A stretch of DNA of 64,000 bases from Myxococcota bacterium (GCA_036229005.1 JAZAMN010000003.1:64001-128000); one strand, 5' to 3'; positions 1-8,822 are shown, counted from the stretch's first letter. A program made the numbers and translations. Notes: generated by a model not told the origin, from the sequence alone.

Positions 1-1884
1 ATAGCTGGCGAGCGCCAGGGCGGCCTCACAGCGCACCTCTCCCAGGCGCAGGCCGCTGACCTTTGCGTAGCGGAGGAGCTGGGTGCGGTCGTCGACCCGG
101 AGCGCGCCCAGGGCCCGCATCGCCGCGCTCAAGAAAGCCTTGTAGTTCAGGGTGGTGTCGAAGCCGTCGTCTGCGGGGAGCTGGGCGACCAGGGCATTCA
201 GGGCCGGCCCCGCGGCCTCCACCGAGAGCGCGCCGGCGAGCGTGGGCAGCACCTGGACCTGCCAGGTGTTCAGGGACTCCCTGGGGTCCAGCGGCTCGAT
301 GCCCGCGACGATGGCCGCGTGTCCGGCCGGGTGGAGCTCCACCGCGCTCAGGGCCAGGATGTCTCGCGCCTTGCGTCCGTCCAGGCCACGCTGTCCCTCG
401 GGCATGGACGAGCCGTGCAGCGCGATCCCGAGCAGCAGGAGCTGTGTGGCGGTGTTCAACGAGAGCGCCGAGCGCCGGACCATGTCCTCCTCCTCCCGGG
501 AGTACTGCTCACACTCCCCCTCAATGAGCAGGGAGAGGGACTGCCGCAGCGTTCGGTGTTCGGGGGCACACCACAGCGCCTGCAGGGCCACCTGGTTCAA
601 CTTGGGGTCCTCAAAGCAAGCGAGGACACGCTGGAGCCTCCCGGTCTCATCCAGCTCGGGCAGCTCGGCGACCAGCTTCTTCCGCTCCAGGCGCTCTCGA
701 AGCGCCCTGGCCTTGGCCTCGGCCTCTCGCTGCTCGGCCCGCGCGGGGTCCAGATCCAGGGCCCGGAAGCGCGCCAGGGAGGCCGGCCAGTCGTGGTGCT
801 TGCCCAGGCTCTGGCGGCCCGCCTGCAGCTCGCGGATCAGCTTGATGGCGTCCTGGACGATGCGGCCCGGGTGCTCGGCGGCGGCCTCCATGAAGGGCTC
901 CAGGTGGGGCTCGTCAAAGAGGTAGGCGCGCCAGATGCTGTAGAGCGCGGTCGGTGTCGCCTTGGTGATCATGTCCAGGCGACCCTGCAGAGCGTCGTCG
1001 GGGACCACCTCGTTGAGGTTCTCGTAGAACACGTCCCCGGCCTCTTCGATGCTCCAGTTGGAGGGGTGGCTGAGCAGGGTGAAGATCCAGCGCGCCCGGT
1101 AGCCAAAGTAGAGCGCCGCGGACTGCCCCGGCTCGGCCTTGAAGGGCTCGAAGTCCTCGTCGTAGTCGTCGATCGAGAAGTGCCAGCTCGGGGCCACCTT
1201 GCCGTGCAGGGCCTCGAACGCGGCGGCCTGGACCTCCTCGGAGAGCTGCTCTTCGCCGGCGGCCTTGCACAGGGCGTTCAGGAACACGCTGTGCTGCAGG
1301 TCCGGGCTGAACACGCCGGCAAAGAAGCCGCGGTTGTGGTCCCAGCGCAGGACCTGGGGCTGGGGGTCCCCCGGGTAGGTGTCCAGGTGGAAGCTGTCGC
1401 CGTCGCCCAGGTCACCCAGGGGCAGGGTGCCCGCGAACACCCCGGCCAGGCCGTTGCCCAGGTAGTTGAGCTGGTCGGCCAGCAGGAGCTGCTCAAAGAG
1501 GTTGATGCCTTCGGGCGGCAGGCGCACCTGGCGGGAGACCAGGCGGAGCTCATCGAAGGTGGAGTAGGGGTTGACCTGGCCCTGGACCGCGCGCTCGAAG
1601 TCGACAAAGCGCTGCGGCGCGGGGATGCCCAGCGTCGGCTCGATGTCGCGGCTGTCACCGGTCCACAGGCCGTGGCTGGCTGCCATGGCCTCGCGCTGCC
1701 ACTGGGGGCCTTCGTGGTGGGCGAAGTCCTCGGCCGAGGCGGTGGGGTAGGGGCCTTGGGGCGGGAGCTGTCCCTCCTCCTCCGGGAGCCCGTTCTGGGC
1801 ACAGACGAAGCGCCGCAGCCGGGAGAGAGGACCGTCCAGGAAGCCCTCGGGGCCGTCCTGGAAGAGGGGGTCGAGCTCAGACAT
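1..1884 (-). CDS. Large hypothetical protein, runs off the left edge; SMI1/KNR4 (SUKH)-like motif followed by a long helical/HEAT-like region
   Basis: Not in the ORF track (no stop inside the window). Manual translation from ATG at 1884 (GGAGG upstream): MSELDPLFQDGPEGFLDG..., open to position 1. Contains LPLGDLGDGDSFHLDTYPGDPQPQVLRWDH at about 1327-1432. Confidence 0.8.
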   Translation of the reverse strand, partial: MSELDPLFQDGPEGFLDGPLSRLRRFVCAQNGLPEEEGQLPPQGPYPTASAEDFAHHEGPQWQREAMAASHGLWTGDSRDIEPTLGIPAPQRFVDFERAVQGQVNPYSTFDELRLVSRQVRLPPEGINLFEQLLLADQLNYLGNGLAGVFAGTLPLGDLGDGDSFHLDTYPGDPQPQVLRWDHNRGFFAGVFSPDLQHSVFLNALCKAAGEEQLSEEVQAAAFEALHGKVAPSWHFSIDDYDEDFEPFKAEPGQSAALYFGYRARWIFTLLSHPSNWSIEEAGDVFYENLNEVVPDDALQGRLDMITKATPTALYSIWRAYLFDEPHLEPFMEAAAEHPGRIVQDAIKLIRELQAGRQSLGKHHDWPASLARFRALDLDPARAEQREAEAKARALRERLERKKLVAELPELDETGRLQRVLACFEDPKLNQVALQALWCAPEHRTLRQSLSLLIEGECEQYSREEEDMVRRSALSLNTATQLLLLGIALHGSSMPEGQRGLDGRKARDILALSAVELHPAGHAAIVAGIEPLDPRESLNTWQVQVLPTLAGALSVEAAGPALNALVAQLPADDGFDTTLNYKAFLSAAMRALGALRVDDRTQLLRYAKVSGLRLGEVRCEAALALASY

Positions 1885-1971
1885 TGGGTGCCTCCGGGGT
1901 CATGCCCAGAGACTACCGGGGCGTCGGCGCTCGCCTCCAGACAGACGCGCTGAGACGCGCTGAGATGCCGC

Positions 1972-3384
1972 TCAGGGGGTGGGCTGCTCGGCCTCGGGGA
2001 CCTGCTCCCCCTTGATCCCCAGGCGGCTGGCCTCCTCCCGGAGCTCCTCCTTGATCTTGCGGCGGTGGGCGTTCAGGTCCCGCACGGTGGCGATCTCCCC
2101 GCGCTTGTCGTAGTCGGCCCGCACCACCGCCATGCGCTCGTTCACCGCCGCCCGCGCGGCCTCGTTGTAGTCGCGCTGCTGCTCCGCCCACTCCATGAAG
2201 CTCAGTCGCTGCTCGCGCTTGGCCGCCAGGAAGGAGTCCAGCTTCTCGCCGGGGGTCATGGGCGCGATGGCCTCGACGCTCTCCTTCCAGCCGGTCATCT
2301 CGCCCACCGGGACCTCGGAGTCCACGATGGTGCCCTTGGCGGAGGCGACCTCCAGGACGCCCTGCCCCCAGCGCTGGTCGATGCGGAAGTCCAGGTTGCC
2401 CGAGAGCTTGAGGCGCATCTCGTAGACCTGGTCACCGTCGCGGCGGCGCAGCATGTAGCGGCCGGGGGGCAGGGCCAGCACGATCTGCTCGTCGGGGGAC
2501 TTGTGGAGCTCGGCCACGAGCTGCTTCCCGGGGTCGGTGAGCACCAGGATGTGGCCGCCAAAGCCCGGCTTGAGGGTCACCCGCGCGTCGTCGTGGGTCA
2601 GGCGGGTCAGCGGCAGCTCGCCCTGGCCCTTGAGGTGCGTCTCGTAGACCGGGTGCTGGGTGCCCGCCAGGGTCCCGTCGGTGCTGGTGACCGTGCGCTC
2701 GTAGGCGTAGCTGTAGGCCTCGTTCAGGGAGACCACGCCATCGCCGTTGTCGGCCGCGCCGCGCAGCCCGGTGACCAGGTGGTGGGTGAAGAAGCTGCCC
2801 GCCAGCCGGTCGGACTCCTGGGCCCGCTCGCTCGCGGAGGAGGCGGTGATCCACACCTCGCCGGTCGACGACAGCGAGGTCCCCAGGAAGGGGTCCACGA
2901 CCTGCGCGCCCTTGGAGCTGGTGATGGCGCCCGACTGGCAGGCGTCCAGCACGCCCAGGCGCACCTCGGCGTCGATGCGCGTGATGTCCTCGCGCAGGGT
3001 CTCGAAGCGGTAACGGCTCTCCCCAAGCCGCAGCCCAGCCGCGTCGGCGTGCCCCGAATAGTAGAAGAAGAACAGCTCCTCCTCCTCCTGCCCCGAGGCC
3101 GTCGCGAAGGCCTCCAGCCATTGGGACAGCTCGCCCACGGTGGGGGAGTCCAGGACCACCACGTCCTCCGGGTTGAAGCCGCCCAGGTCGATCAGGGTCT
3201 CGGCGACCCGGTGGGCGTCCTTCTCGGCGTACTGCAGGGTCTCCAGGTCCAGTCCACCGTCGTTGTGGCCCACAACCAGGGCGCGCCGCACGACCTCGGC
3301 CTGGGCGTCGGACGCGGCGAAGGCCGACACCGCCAGGGCGCCGACCAGGGTGGAGCGGGAGAGGGCTCGGAGCGCGCGGGACAT
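1972..3384 (-). CDS. Secreted caspase-family (peptidase C14) protein with C-terminal beta domain and coiled coil
   Basis: Signal peptide (…AASDAQA); RRALVVG start of domain; catalytic His in FYYSGHAD and Cys in LDACQSG; ESDRLAGSFFTHHL; VSLNEAY…QHP. Confidence 0.9.
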   Translation of the reverse strand: MSRALRALSRSTLVGALAVSAFAASDAQAEVVRRALVVGHNDGGLDLETLQYAEKDAHRVAETLIDLGGFNPEDVVVLDSPTVGELSQWLEAFATASGQEEEELFFFYYSGHADAAGLRLGESRYRFETLREDITRIDAEVRLGVLDACQSGAITSSKGAQVVDPFLGTSLSSTGEVWITASSASERAQESDRLAGSFFTHHLVTGLRGAADNGDGVVSLNEAYSYAYERTVTSTDGTLAGTQHPVYETHLKGQGELPLTRLTHDDARVTLKPGFGGHILVLTDPGKQLVAELHKSPDEQIVLALPPGRYMLRRRDGDQVYEMRLKLSGNLDFRIDQRWGQGVLEVASAKGTIVDSEVPVGEMTGWKESVEAIAPMTPGEKLDSFLAAKREQRLSFMEWAEQQRDYNEAARAAVNERMAVVRADYDKRGEIATVRDLNAHRRKIKEELREEASRLGIKGEQVPEAEQPTP

Positions 3385-3387
3385 CAG

Positions 3388-4110
3388 CTACTCCTTCTCA
3401 AAGTGCAGGGTGCGCAGGACCCCACCGTCCGGGACATCGTGCTTCAAGATTGCCTGACGGATCTGGGCCTCGCTGGGCTGCTCGCGGGTGAACAGGGCGT
3501 AGAAACGCTGCTCCCCCGGCGTTCCATCCATCTGCAGGGCAAAGGGGGCCTGCAGGATCTGCAGCTCGGAGTCGGCCTTGATGGTGCCGTAGAGCTCCAC
3601 GACCCCGTGCCCGTCCACTCCGCCAAAGCTCACGTAGGGCCGCTCCATCGTCGAGAACTTGAGCTGCAGCACGTCCCCGGCGTGGAGCACGTCGTCCGTG
3701 TCCAACAGCACCGGGCCCTCGCGGGTGTCCAGCCAGGCCTCCAGCAGGATGTGCTCGCCCTTGGAGCGGGTCTGCGCGTAGGGGTTGTCCGAGGCAGGCT
3801 CCTTCGGGGAGAGGAGCAGCGGGAAGGCCACCAGCACTGCTGCAGCCACCGCCATCAACACCCAGCGCCAGGCACTGTTGTCATTGGCTGGCATCGGCGA
3901 GGTGCGGCTGCCCGGCTCCCGCTCGGCGGCGCGGCGGATCGCCTCTGGGACGGGCTCAAGCACGAAGGCGTTGCGGTTGGCCTCCTGGGCGCCCAGGCGG
4001 CCCGCGCAGCGCTCACAGTCCTGGATGTGGGCCCGGGCCTGGGCCTCCGCGGCGGGGTCCAGCTCGCCGTAGCGGAGCTGGTTCAGCATCAGGGTGGAGA
4101 GGTGGGACAT
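3388..4110 (-). CDS. Zinc-binding (ZAS) transmembrane anti-sigma factor with extracytoplasmic DUF4384/ActD-like domain
   Basis: HIQDCERC (HxxxCxxC), one TM helix WRWVLMAVAAAVLVAFPLLL, then TRSKG and LHAGDVLQLKF; directly downstream of the ECF sigma gene. Confidence 0.85.
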   Translation of the reverse strand: MSHLSTLMLNQLRYGELDPAAEAQARAHIQDCERCAGRLGAQEANRNAFVLEPVPEAIRRAAEREPGSRTSPMPANDNSAWRWVLMAVAAAVLVAFPLLLSPKEPASDNPYAQTRSKGEHILLEAWLDTREGPVLLDTDDVLHAGDVLQLKFSTMERPYVSFGGVDGHGVVELYGTIKADSELQILQAPFALQMDGTPGEQRFYALFTREQPSEAQIRQAILKHDVPDGGVLRTLHFEKE

Positions 4111-4120
4111 GGTCTGGTCC

Positions 4121-4726
4121 TCAGAGGGCGTTGAGCTCTTGGAGCCACGGGGGAGGGTTCGTCTCGAGCTGGGCCTTGAACTTGGCCACGCGCTTGCGGA
4201 TGGCGGCGGCGCTCAGGCCCAGCAGATCGCCGATCTCGGCGTAGGTCATGCCGTCGACGTAGTGGTACAGCACGCAGTCCTGGGTGCCCTCGTCCGCCTC
4301 GTCCAGCAGACGGGCCACGAGATCGCGCAGGTCCGCGCCGGTGAGAAAGGTGTCTTCGACCGGGACCACGGCCTCCTCTTCCTGGAGGTCCTCGCGGCGC
4401 CGGCCGCGGGAGCGCAGGCGGTTCAGGCAGGTCGTCGTGGTGACCTTGAACAGCCAGGTGCTGGGCCGGGACTCACCCCGGAAGCTGTCGCGGTAGCGGT
4501 GGGCCTTCAAGAAGACCTCCTGGCAGACATCCTGGGCGTCGGCCTCGTTGCGCAGCAGGCTGCGGCAGCGGCCCAGGACCATGTCGCCATAGGCGCGGTA
4601 GAGAGCCTCGACATCGAGTTCCACGGAGGTGCCCGCCTTGCTTTGAGCGTTGCTCTGGCGCTGGGCCCTAACCCGGGGAGAGGCCACGGCGGCCTCCCCC
4701 TGGGCGGAGGGATGTCCTGGGGACAT
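4121..4726 (-). CDS. ECF RNA polymerase sigma factor (start uncertain, about 4626-4756)
   Basis: Region 2: LYRAYG…DAQDVCQEVF…STWLFKVTTTTCLNRLR; region 4: GMTYAEIGDLLGLSAAAIRKRV. Confidence 0.93.
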   Translation of the reverse strand: MSPGHPSAQGEAAVASPRVRAQRQSNAQSKAGTSVELDVEALYRAYGDMVLGRCRSLLRNEADAQDVCQEVFLKAHRYRDSFRGESRPSTWLFKVTTTTCLNRLRSRGRRREDLQEEEAVVPVEDTFLTGADLRDLVARLLDEADEGTQDCVLYHYVDGMTYAEIGDLLGLSAAAIRKRVAKFKAQLETNPPPWLQELNAL

Positions 4727-4746
4727 CGGGATGGCGGCGCTGCGGC

Positions 4747-5235
4747 TCACTCGCACTCGCCGGAGTCGTCGCTGCCCCAGTCCGTGCCGCTGTGGCCGGA
4801 CCCGACGGGGTAGATGGTGAAGGCACCCGGCAGCAGCTCGGCGTCACCGTCGGCGAACTCCAGGATGGCGTCGACCTCACCGAGCTCGGCGTCCTCGTCC
4901 ACCGACAGGATCGTGGTGATCTGGCCGTCCTCGACGACCTGGGCCATCACCTCGACGTCGCCGTAGAACACCATCGTGGCCTCGCTCAGGTCGAGCTCGC
5001 CGCTCTCCAGGCTGAGGATCCCGGCAAAGGTCTCGCCCTGCTCTGCGTGGCCGGGAACGAACTTGAGGACCGCAGGCTCAGCCTCCTCGCCGTCCTCGTC
5101 CACCGCGGTGTCGTCGTCCCACTCGTCCAGCTCGCAGCCCCACTCGTCGTCCGAGCAATCGCCGTCGTAGTAGATGCAGCCAGAGGTGATGGACAGGAAT
5201 CCCAGCAGGGGGAGGGCGCTCAGGTACTTGCTCAT
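4747..5235 (-). CDS. Acidic lipoprotein, hypothetical
   Basis: Signal MSKYLSALPLLGFLSITSGC with lipobox; GAGGAG RBS; very D/E-rich; first gene of the ECF cluster. Confidence 0.8.
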   Translation of the reverse strand: MSKYLSALPLLGFLSITSGCIYYDGDCSDDEWGCELDEWDDDTAVDEDGEEAEPAVLKFVPGHAEQGETFAGILSLESGELDLSEATMVFYGDVEVMAQVVEDGQITTILSVDEDAELGEVDAILEFADGDAELLPGAFTIYPVGSGHSGTDWGSDDSGECE

Positions 5236-5287
5236 GGGGGTGTCTCCTCGAATGTCGACCGCGACGGTTGTTGTCGGTCGGCTCTAT

Positions 5288-5316
5288 GGACACCGCCTCT
5301 GGCTCTGGGCGTTACC
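5288..5316 (-). promoter_or_regulatory. Possible ECF-type promoter for the lipoprotein-ECF operon
   Basis: Minus strand reads GGTAAC-N17-GTGTCC about 50 nt upstream of the 5235 ATG; resembles AAC/GTC ECF promoter elements. Confidence 0.3.
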
Positions 5317-5362
5317 GCTGGATCGGAATAAGGGATCAGCGCTTGTAACAAAGAAGAAACGA

Positions 5363-6178
5363 ATGCCTGAAAAAGCTTATAAGAACCTGGATTTTCTCAA
5401 CTCGCCCGCCGCTCGACTCATCCGGATCCAGTGTGAGTACAGCGAGCCGCAGGCCCGCTTCCGCCGCATGGGCGTCGAAGACACCATCGTGATGTACGGC
5501 TCGGCACGCACGCTGCCGGGCAACGTGGCTCAGCTTCGCCTGCAACACGCCAAGGAGGCCCTGGCCAAGGCCAAGGGCAAGGAGGAGAAGGCCAAGCTCG
5601 AGGCCGAGCTCAAGGTGGCCGAGGGCAAGCTCGCCAACTCCCGCTACTACGACGAGACCCGCGAGCTGGCCCGCCGCCTGACCCGCTGGGGCATGACCCG
5701 CCCCGGTGGCCGCGAGTACCTGATCTGCACGGGCGGTGGCCCCGGCATCATGGAGGCCGGAAACCGCGGCGCCGCCGATGTCGAGGGGGGCCGCAGCGTC
5801 GGCCTGGGCATCAGCCTGCCCTTCGAGGAGCGCCTGAACCAGTACGTCTCCAAGGACCTGGGCTTCGTGTTCCACTACTTCTTCATGCGGAAGTACTGGT
5901 TCATGTACCTGGCCAAGGCCATGGTGGTGCTGCCCGGCGGCTTCGGCACGCTGGACGAGCTCTTCGAGCTGCTGACCCTGCGCCAGACCGGAAAGGTCCG
6001 CAAGCAGCTCCCGATCGTGCTCTTCGGCAAGGCCTACTGGGAGAAGGTGCTCAACCTGCAGGCCATGGTGGACTACGGCACCATCGCGCCGGATGACCTG
6101 GACATGTTCTTCACCACGGACTCCGTGGACGAAGCCTACGAGTTCCTGACCGTCCAGCTCCGCAAGGTCTGGGGTTAG
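5363..6178 (+). CDS. LOG family (TIGR00730-type) nucleotide monophosphate phosphoribohydrolase-like protein
   Basis: YGSART, TGGGPGIMEAGNRGA, FHYFFMRK, PGGFGTLDELFE motifs; likely start MPEKAYKN. Confidence 0.92.
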   Translation: MPEKAYKNLDFLNSPAARLIRIQCEYSEPQARFRRMGVEDTIVMYGSARTLPGNVAQLRLQHAKEALAKAKGKEEKAKLEAELKVAEGKLANSRYYDETRELARRLTRWGMTRPGGREYLICTGGGPGIMEAGNRGAADVEGGRSVGLGISLPFEERLNQYVSKDLGFVFHYFFMRKYWFMYLAKAMVVLPGGFGTLDELFELLTLRQTGKVRKQLPIVLFGKAYWEKVLNLQAMVDYGTIAPDDLDMFFTTDSVDEAYEFLTVQLRKVWG

Positions 6179-6187
6179 TCCAGCTCG

Positions 6188-7243
6188 ATGCAGACCACCC
6201 ACCGCTTGCTCCTTGGCGATGCCCGCGAGCTGGCGGGGGTGGATCCGGGGTCGGTGCAGCTCGTCCTGACCTCGCCGCCCTACCCGATGGTGCAGATGTG
6301 GGATCCGGCCTTCGGGGCCATGGATCCCCGCATCCAGCAGCACCTCGCCGATGCCGACGGGCTCGCTGCCTTTGAGGCCATGCACGCCCAGCTCGATGCG
6401 GTGTGGGCGCGCTGTGTGGACGCCCTGATCCCCGGCGGCTTCTGCTGCATCAACATCGGGGACGCCACCCGGTCGCTGGGGGGGCAGTTCCGCCTCTTCC
6501 ACAACCACGCCCGCATCGTGCAGAGCATGGTGGCGCTGGGCATGAGCGTGCTGCCGGACATCCTCTGGCGAAAGCCCACGAACGCCCCCAGCAAGTTCAT
6601 GGGCTCGGGGATGCTGCCGGCGGGGGCCTACGTCACCTATGAGCACGAATACGTGCTGATCTTCCGCAAGGGCGGCAAGCGCGCGTTCAGCAGCCAGGAG
6701 CAGCGGGCCAGGCGCAGCCGCAGCGCCTACTTCTGGGAGGAGCGCAACCTGTGGTTCTCGGACCTCTGGGAGCTCCATGGCGCGCGTCAGAAGCGGACCA
6801 GCGGGGGCCGGGACCGCAGCGCGGCCTTCCCCTTGGAGCTGCCCTACCGGCTCATCCAGATGTACTCCGTGCAGGGGGACTGCGTGTTGGACCCCTTCGT
6901 GGGGACCGGGACCACCCTCCAGGCCGCGCTGGCGAGCGGACGCAGCAGCGTTGGGGTGGAGATCGACCCCGAGCTGGCCCAGGGCGTGCTCCCCGGGCTG
7001 GAGGCTTCGCAGGGGCTGGGGGAGGCTCTGGGTGCTCGGCGCTTGAGGGCCCACCAGGACTTCGTGCGGGGCCGCCTGGAGGCTGGAAAGGACTTCAAGC
7101 ACGCAAGCGAGGTCTACGCTTTCCCTGTGGTGACCCGGCAGGAGCGCACGCTGGAGCTGCTGGCCTGCGTCGGGGTCGAGCGGGCAGGGGACAGTCTCCG
7201 GGCGGAGCACGCCCGCTGCACCCTGGAGCCCAGCGTGGGATAG
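6188..7243 (+). CDS. Site-specific DNA methyltransferase (N4-C/N6-A, beta-type motif order), orphan
   Basis: Motif IV TSPPY near the N-terminus, motif I DPFVGTGTT near the C-terminus, AAFPLELP; no adjacent endonuclease gene. Confidence 0.9.
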   Translation: MQTTHRLLLGDARELAGVDPGSVQLVLTSPPYPMVQMWDPAFGAMDPRIQQHLADADGLAAFEAMHAQLDAVWARCVDALIPGGFCCINIGDATRSLGGQFRLFHNHARIVQSMVALGMSVLPDILWRKPTNAPSKFMGSGMLPAGAYVTYEHEYVLIFRKGGKRAFSSQEQRARRSRSAYFWEERNLWFSDLWELHGARQKRTSGGRDRSAAFPLELPYRLIQMYSVQGDCVLDPFVGTGTTLQAALASGRSSVGVEIDPELAQGVLPGLEASQGLGEALGARRLRAHQDFVRGRLEAGKDFKHASEVYAFPVVTRQERTLELLACVGVERAGDSLRAEHARCTLEPSVG

Positions 7244-7265
7244 TGGGGCCCCCCTGGAGGTCCCC

Positions 7266-7724
7266 ATGTCCCGCTTTGGAATCCGCAAGCGCCTCAAGTC
7301 CGCCCTGGGGATGGGCAAGGGTCCGCAGATCGTGCGCCACCGGGTGACCTTTGTGCTCCCCGACGGCAGCGAGCAGGTGATCGAGGCAGAAGAGCACTAC
7401 TCGCTGCTCATGGCGGCCGACGCTGCGGGGATCACCATCTCCACCGGGCGCCGCGCGGGCGGCACCTGTCCGGACGGCCTCTGCGGCCTCTGCCGGGTCG
7501 AGGTGCTGGACAGCGCGGGCCTCTCCGCCAAGAAGGACGCCGAGCAGAAGGCGATCGACGATCACGTCGCCGGCACCCCCCACGAGGGCCGGGAGCGAAA
7601 GCCGGGGCCCCCCGCGACCCCCAACAGCCGGCTGGGCTGCCACGCCAAGATCCGCGGGCCCGGAGCCCGGATCCAGGTCCAGGCGCTCTTCGATCCGGAC
7701 AGCATCATGGGAACGGACGAATAG
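7266..7724 (+). CDS. 2Fe-2S ferredoxin-like protein
   Basis: CPDGLCGLC (C-x4-C-x2-C) plus distal RLGC; VTFVLPDG…SLLMAA ferredoxin fold start; GGAGG RBS. Confidence 0.85.
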   Translation: MSRFGIRKRLKSALGMGKGPQIVRHRVTFVLPDGSEQVIEAEEHYSLLMAADAAGITISTGRRAGGTCPDGLCGLCRVEVLDSAGLSAKKDAEQKAIDDHVAGTPHEGRERKPGPPATPNSRLGCHAKIRGPGARIQVQALFDPDSIMGTDE

Positions 7725-7779
7725 CGCTGGATCGCGTGCGGGGCTTGCCGGGCGAGACCCGTCCGGCTTAGTCCACCCA

Positions 7780-8781
7780 ATGCAAACGATTCCAACCAAA
7801 CCTTACTGCGATCTCCACATCCACGTCGGCTCCAGCGTCGCCCCGCACGTGATGTGGTCCATGGCCCACCAGCAGGGCTTCAAGCTCCCCACCCGTGACT
7901 ACTGGGAGTTTGTCGACCTGATCACCGCCAACCCGTCCAAGGTCAAGAGCCTGGACGACTACCTCAAGATCCTCCACGTCTGGACGGAGCGCATCCAGTC
8001 CAGCCCCTTCGCCGTCGAGCGCTCGGTCTACGAGATCATCGGCAAGGAGTACCGCGGCTCCCGCGTGGAGAAGATCGAGCTGCGCTTCAACCCCATGAAG
8101 CGCAACCTGGAGGGCCAGCGCGATCTGGACCACATCATCCACGCCGCCCTGCGCGGCATGGACCGCGCCACCCTGGAGTACGGCGTCGAGGCCGGCCTGA
8201 TCTTCTGCCTGGCCCGCGAGTTCGACCCCGAGCTCAACGAGATCATCCTGGAGAAGGCCATCAAGTACGCCCACCGCGGCGTCGTGGGCATCGACCTGGC
8301 CGGCACCGAGAAGCACAACGTCGAGCTCTCCGACTCCGTGGGCAAGTACGCGGAGATCTTCCAGCGCGCCCGGGACGCCGGGCTGGGCACCACCGTGCAC
8401 ACCGGCGAGACCGCCAACACCGCGGGCGAAGGCGTCATGGCCGTCATCCAGAAGCTCAAGCCGCACCGCATCGGCCACGGCGTGCGCGCCTCCTACAACG
8501 AGGACGCCACCAAGATGCTCGCCGACACCGGCACCGTGCTGGAGATCTGCCCGACCTCCAACCTGAACACCCGCGCCGTCATGCACCTGGAGGAGTTCCG
8601 CTACGTGCTCTCCACCTTCCAGGACGCCGGCGTGCTGTTCACGATCAACACCGACGGCACCTACCTCTGCGAGACCAACATGCACCGGGAGCACCGCCTG
8701 CTCACCGAGTCGGGCATCCTGTCTCCCGAGGCCGCCGACCGCGCGCGCCTGCTGGCCTTCGAGGCGAGCTTCATCCAGTAG
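7780..8781 (+). CDS. Adenosine deaminase family amidohydrolase
   Basis: DLHIHVG, GIDLAG, VHTGE, RIGHG, EICPTSN, INTD motifs. Confidence 0.9.
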   Translation: MQTIPTKPYCDLHIHVGSSVAPHVMWSMAHQQGFKLPTRDYWEFVDLITANPSKVKSLDDYLKILHVWTERIQSSPFAVERSVYEIIGKEYRGSRVEKIELRFNPMKRNLEGQRDLDHIIHAALRGMDRATLEYGVEAGLIFCLAREFDPELNEIILEKAIKYAHRGVVGIDLAGTEKHNVELSDSVGKYAEIFQRARDAGLGTTVHTGETANTAGEGVMAVIQKLKPHRIGHGVRASYNEDATKMLADTGTVLEICPTSNLNTRAVMHLEEFRYVLSTFQDAGVLFTINTDGTYLCETNMHREHRLLTESGILSPEAADRARLLAFEASFIQ

Positions 8782-8788
8782 CGCAGGC

Positions 8789-8822
8789 AGAAGTGGGGGC
8801 TGTTTTGCTCCCACCTTCTTTT
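8789..8822 (+). terminator. Probable intrinsic terminator
   Basis: GAAGTGGGGGC…GCTCCCACCTTC hairpin followed by TTTT, just after the deaminase stop codon. Confidence 0.7.

Noticed and set aside
1943..1968. AGACGCGCTG x2 plus a partial third copy between the caspase and the SUKH-like gene
   Set aside because: Only a short tandem duplication with no spacers; not a CRISPR array or iteron set.
6188..7243. Restriction-modification system or defence island
   Set aside because: No nuclease, specificity subunit, mobility gene or compositional shift nearby; treated as an orphan MTase.
7780..8781. RADAR-type (RdrB) defence deaminase
   Set aside because: Only 333 aa and no adjacent RdrA-like ATPase.
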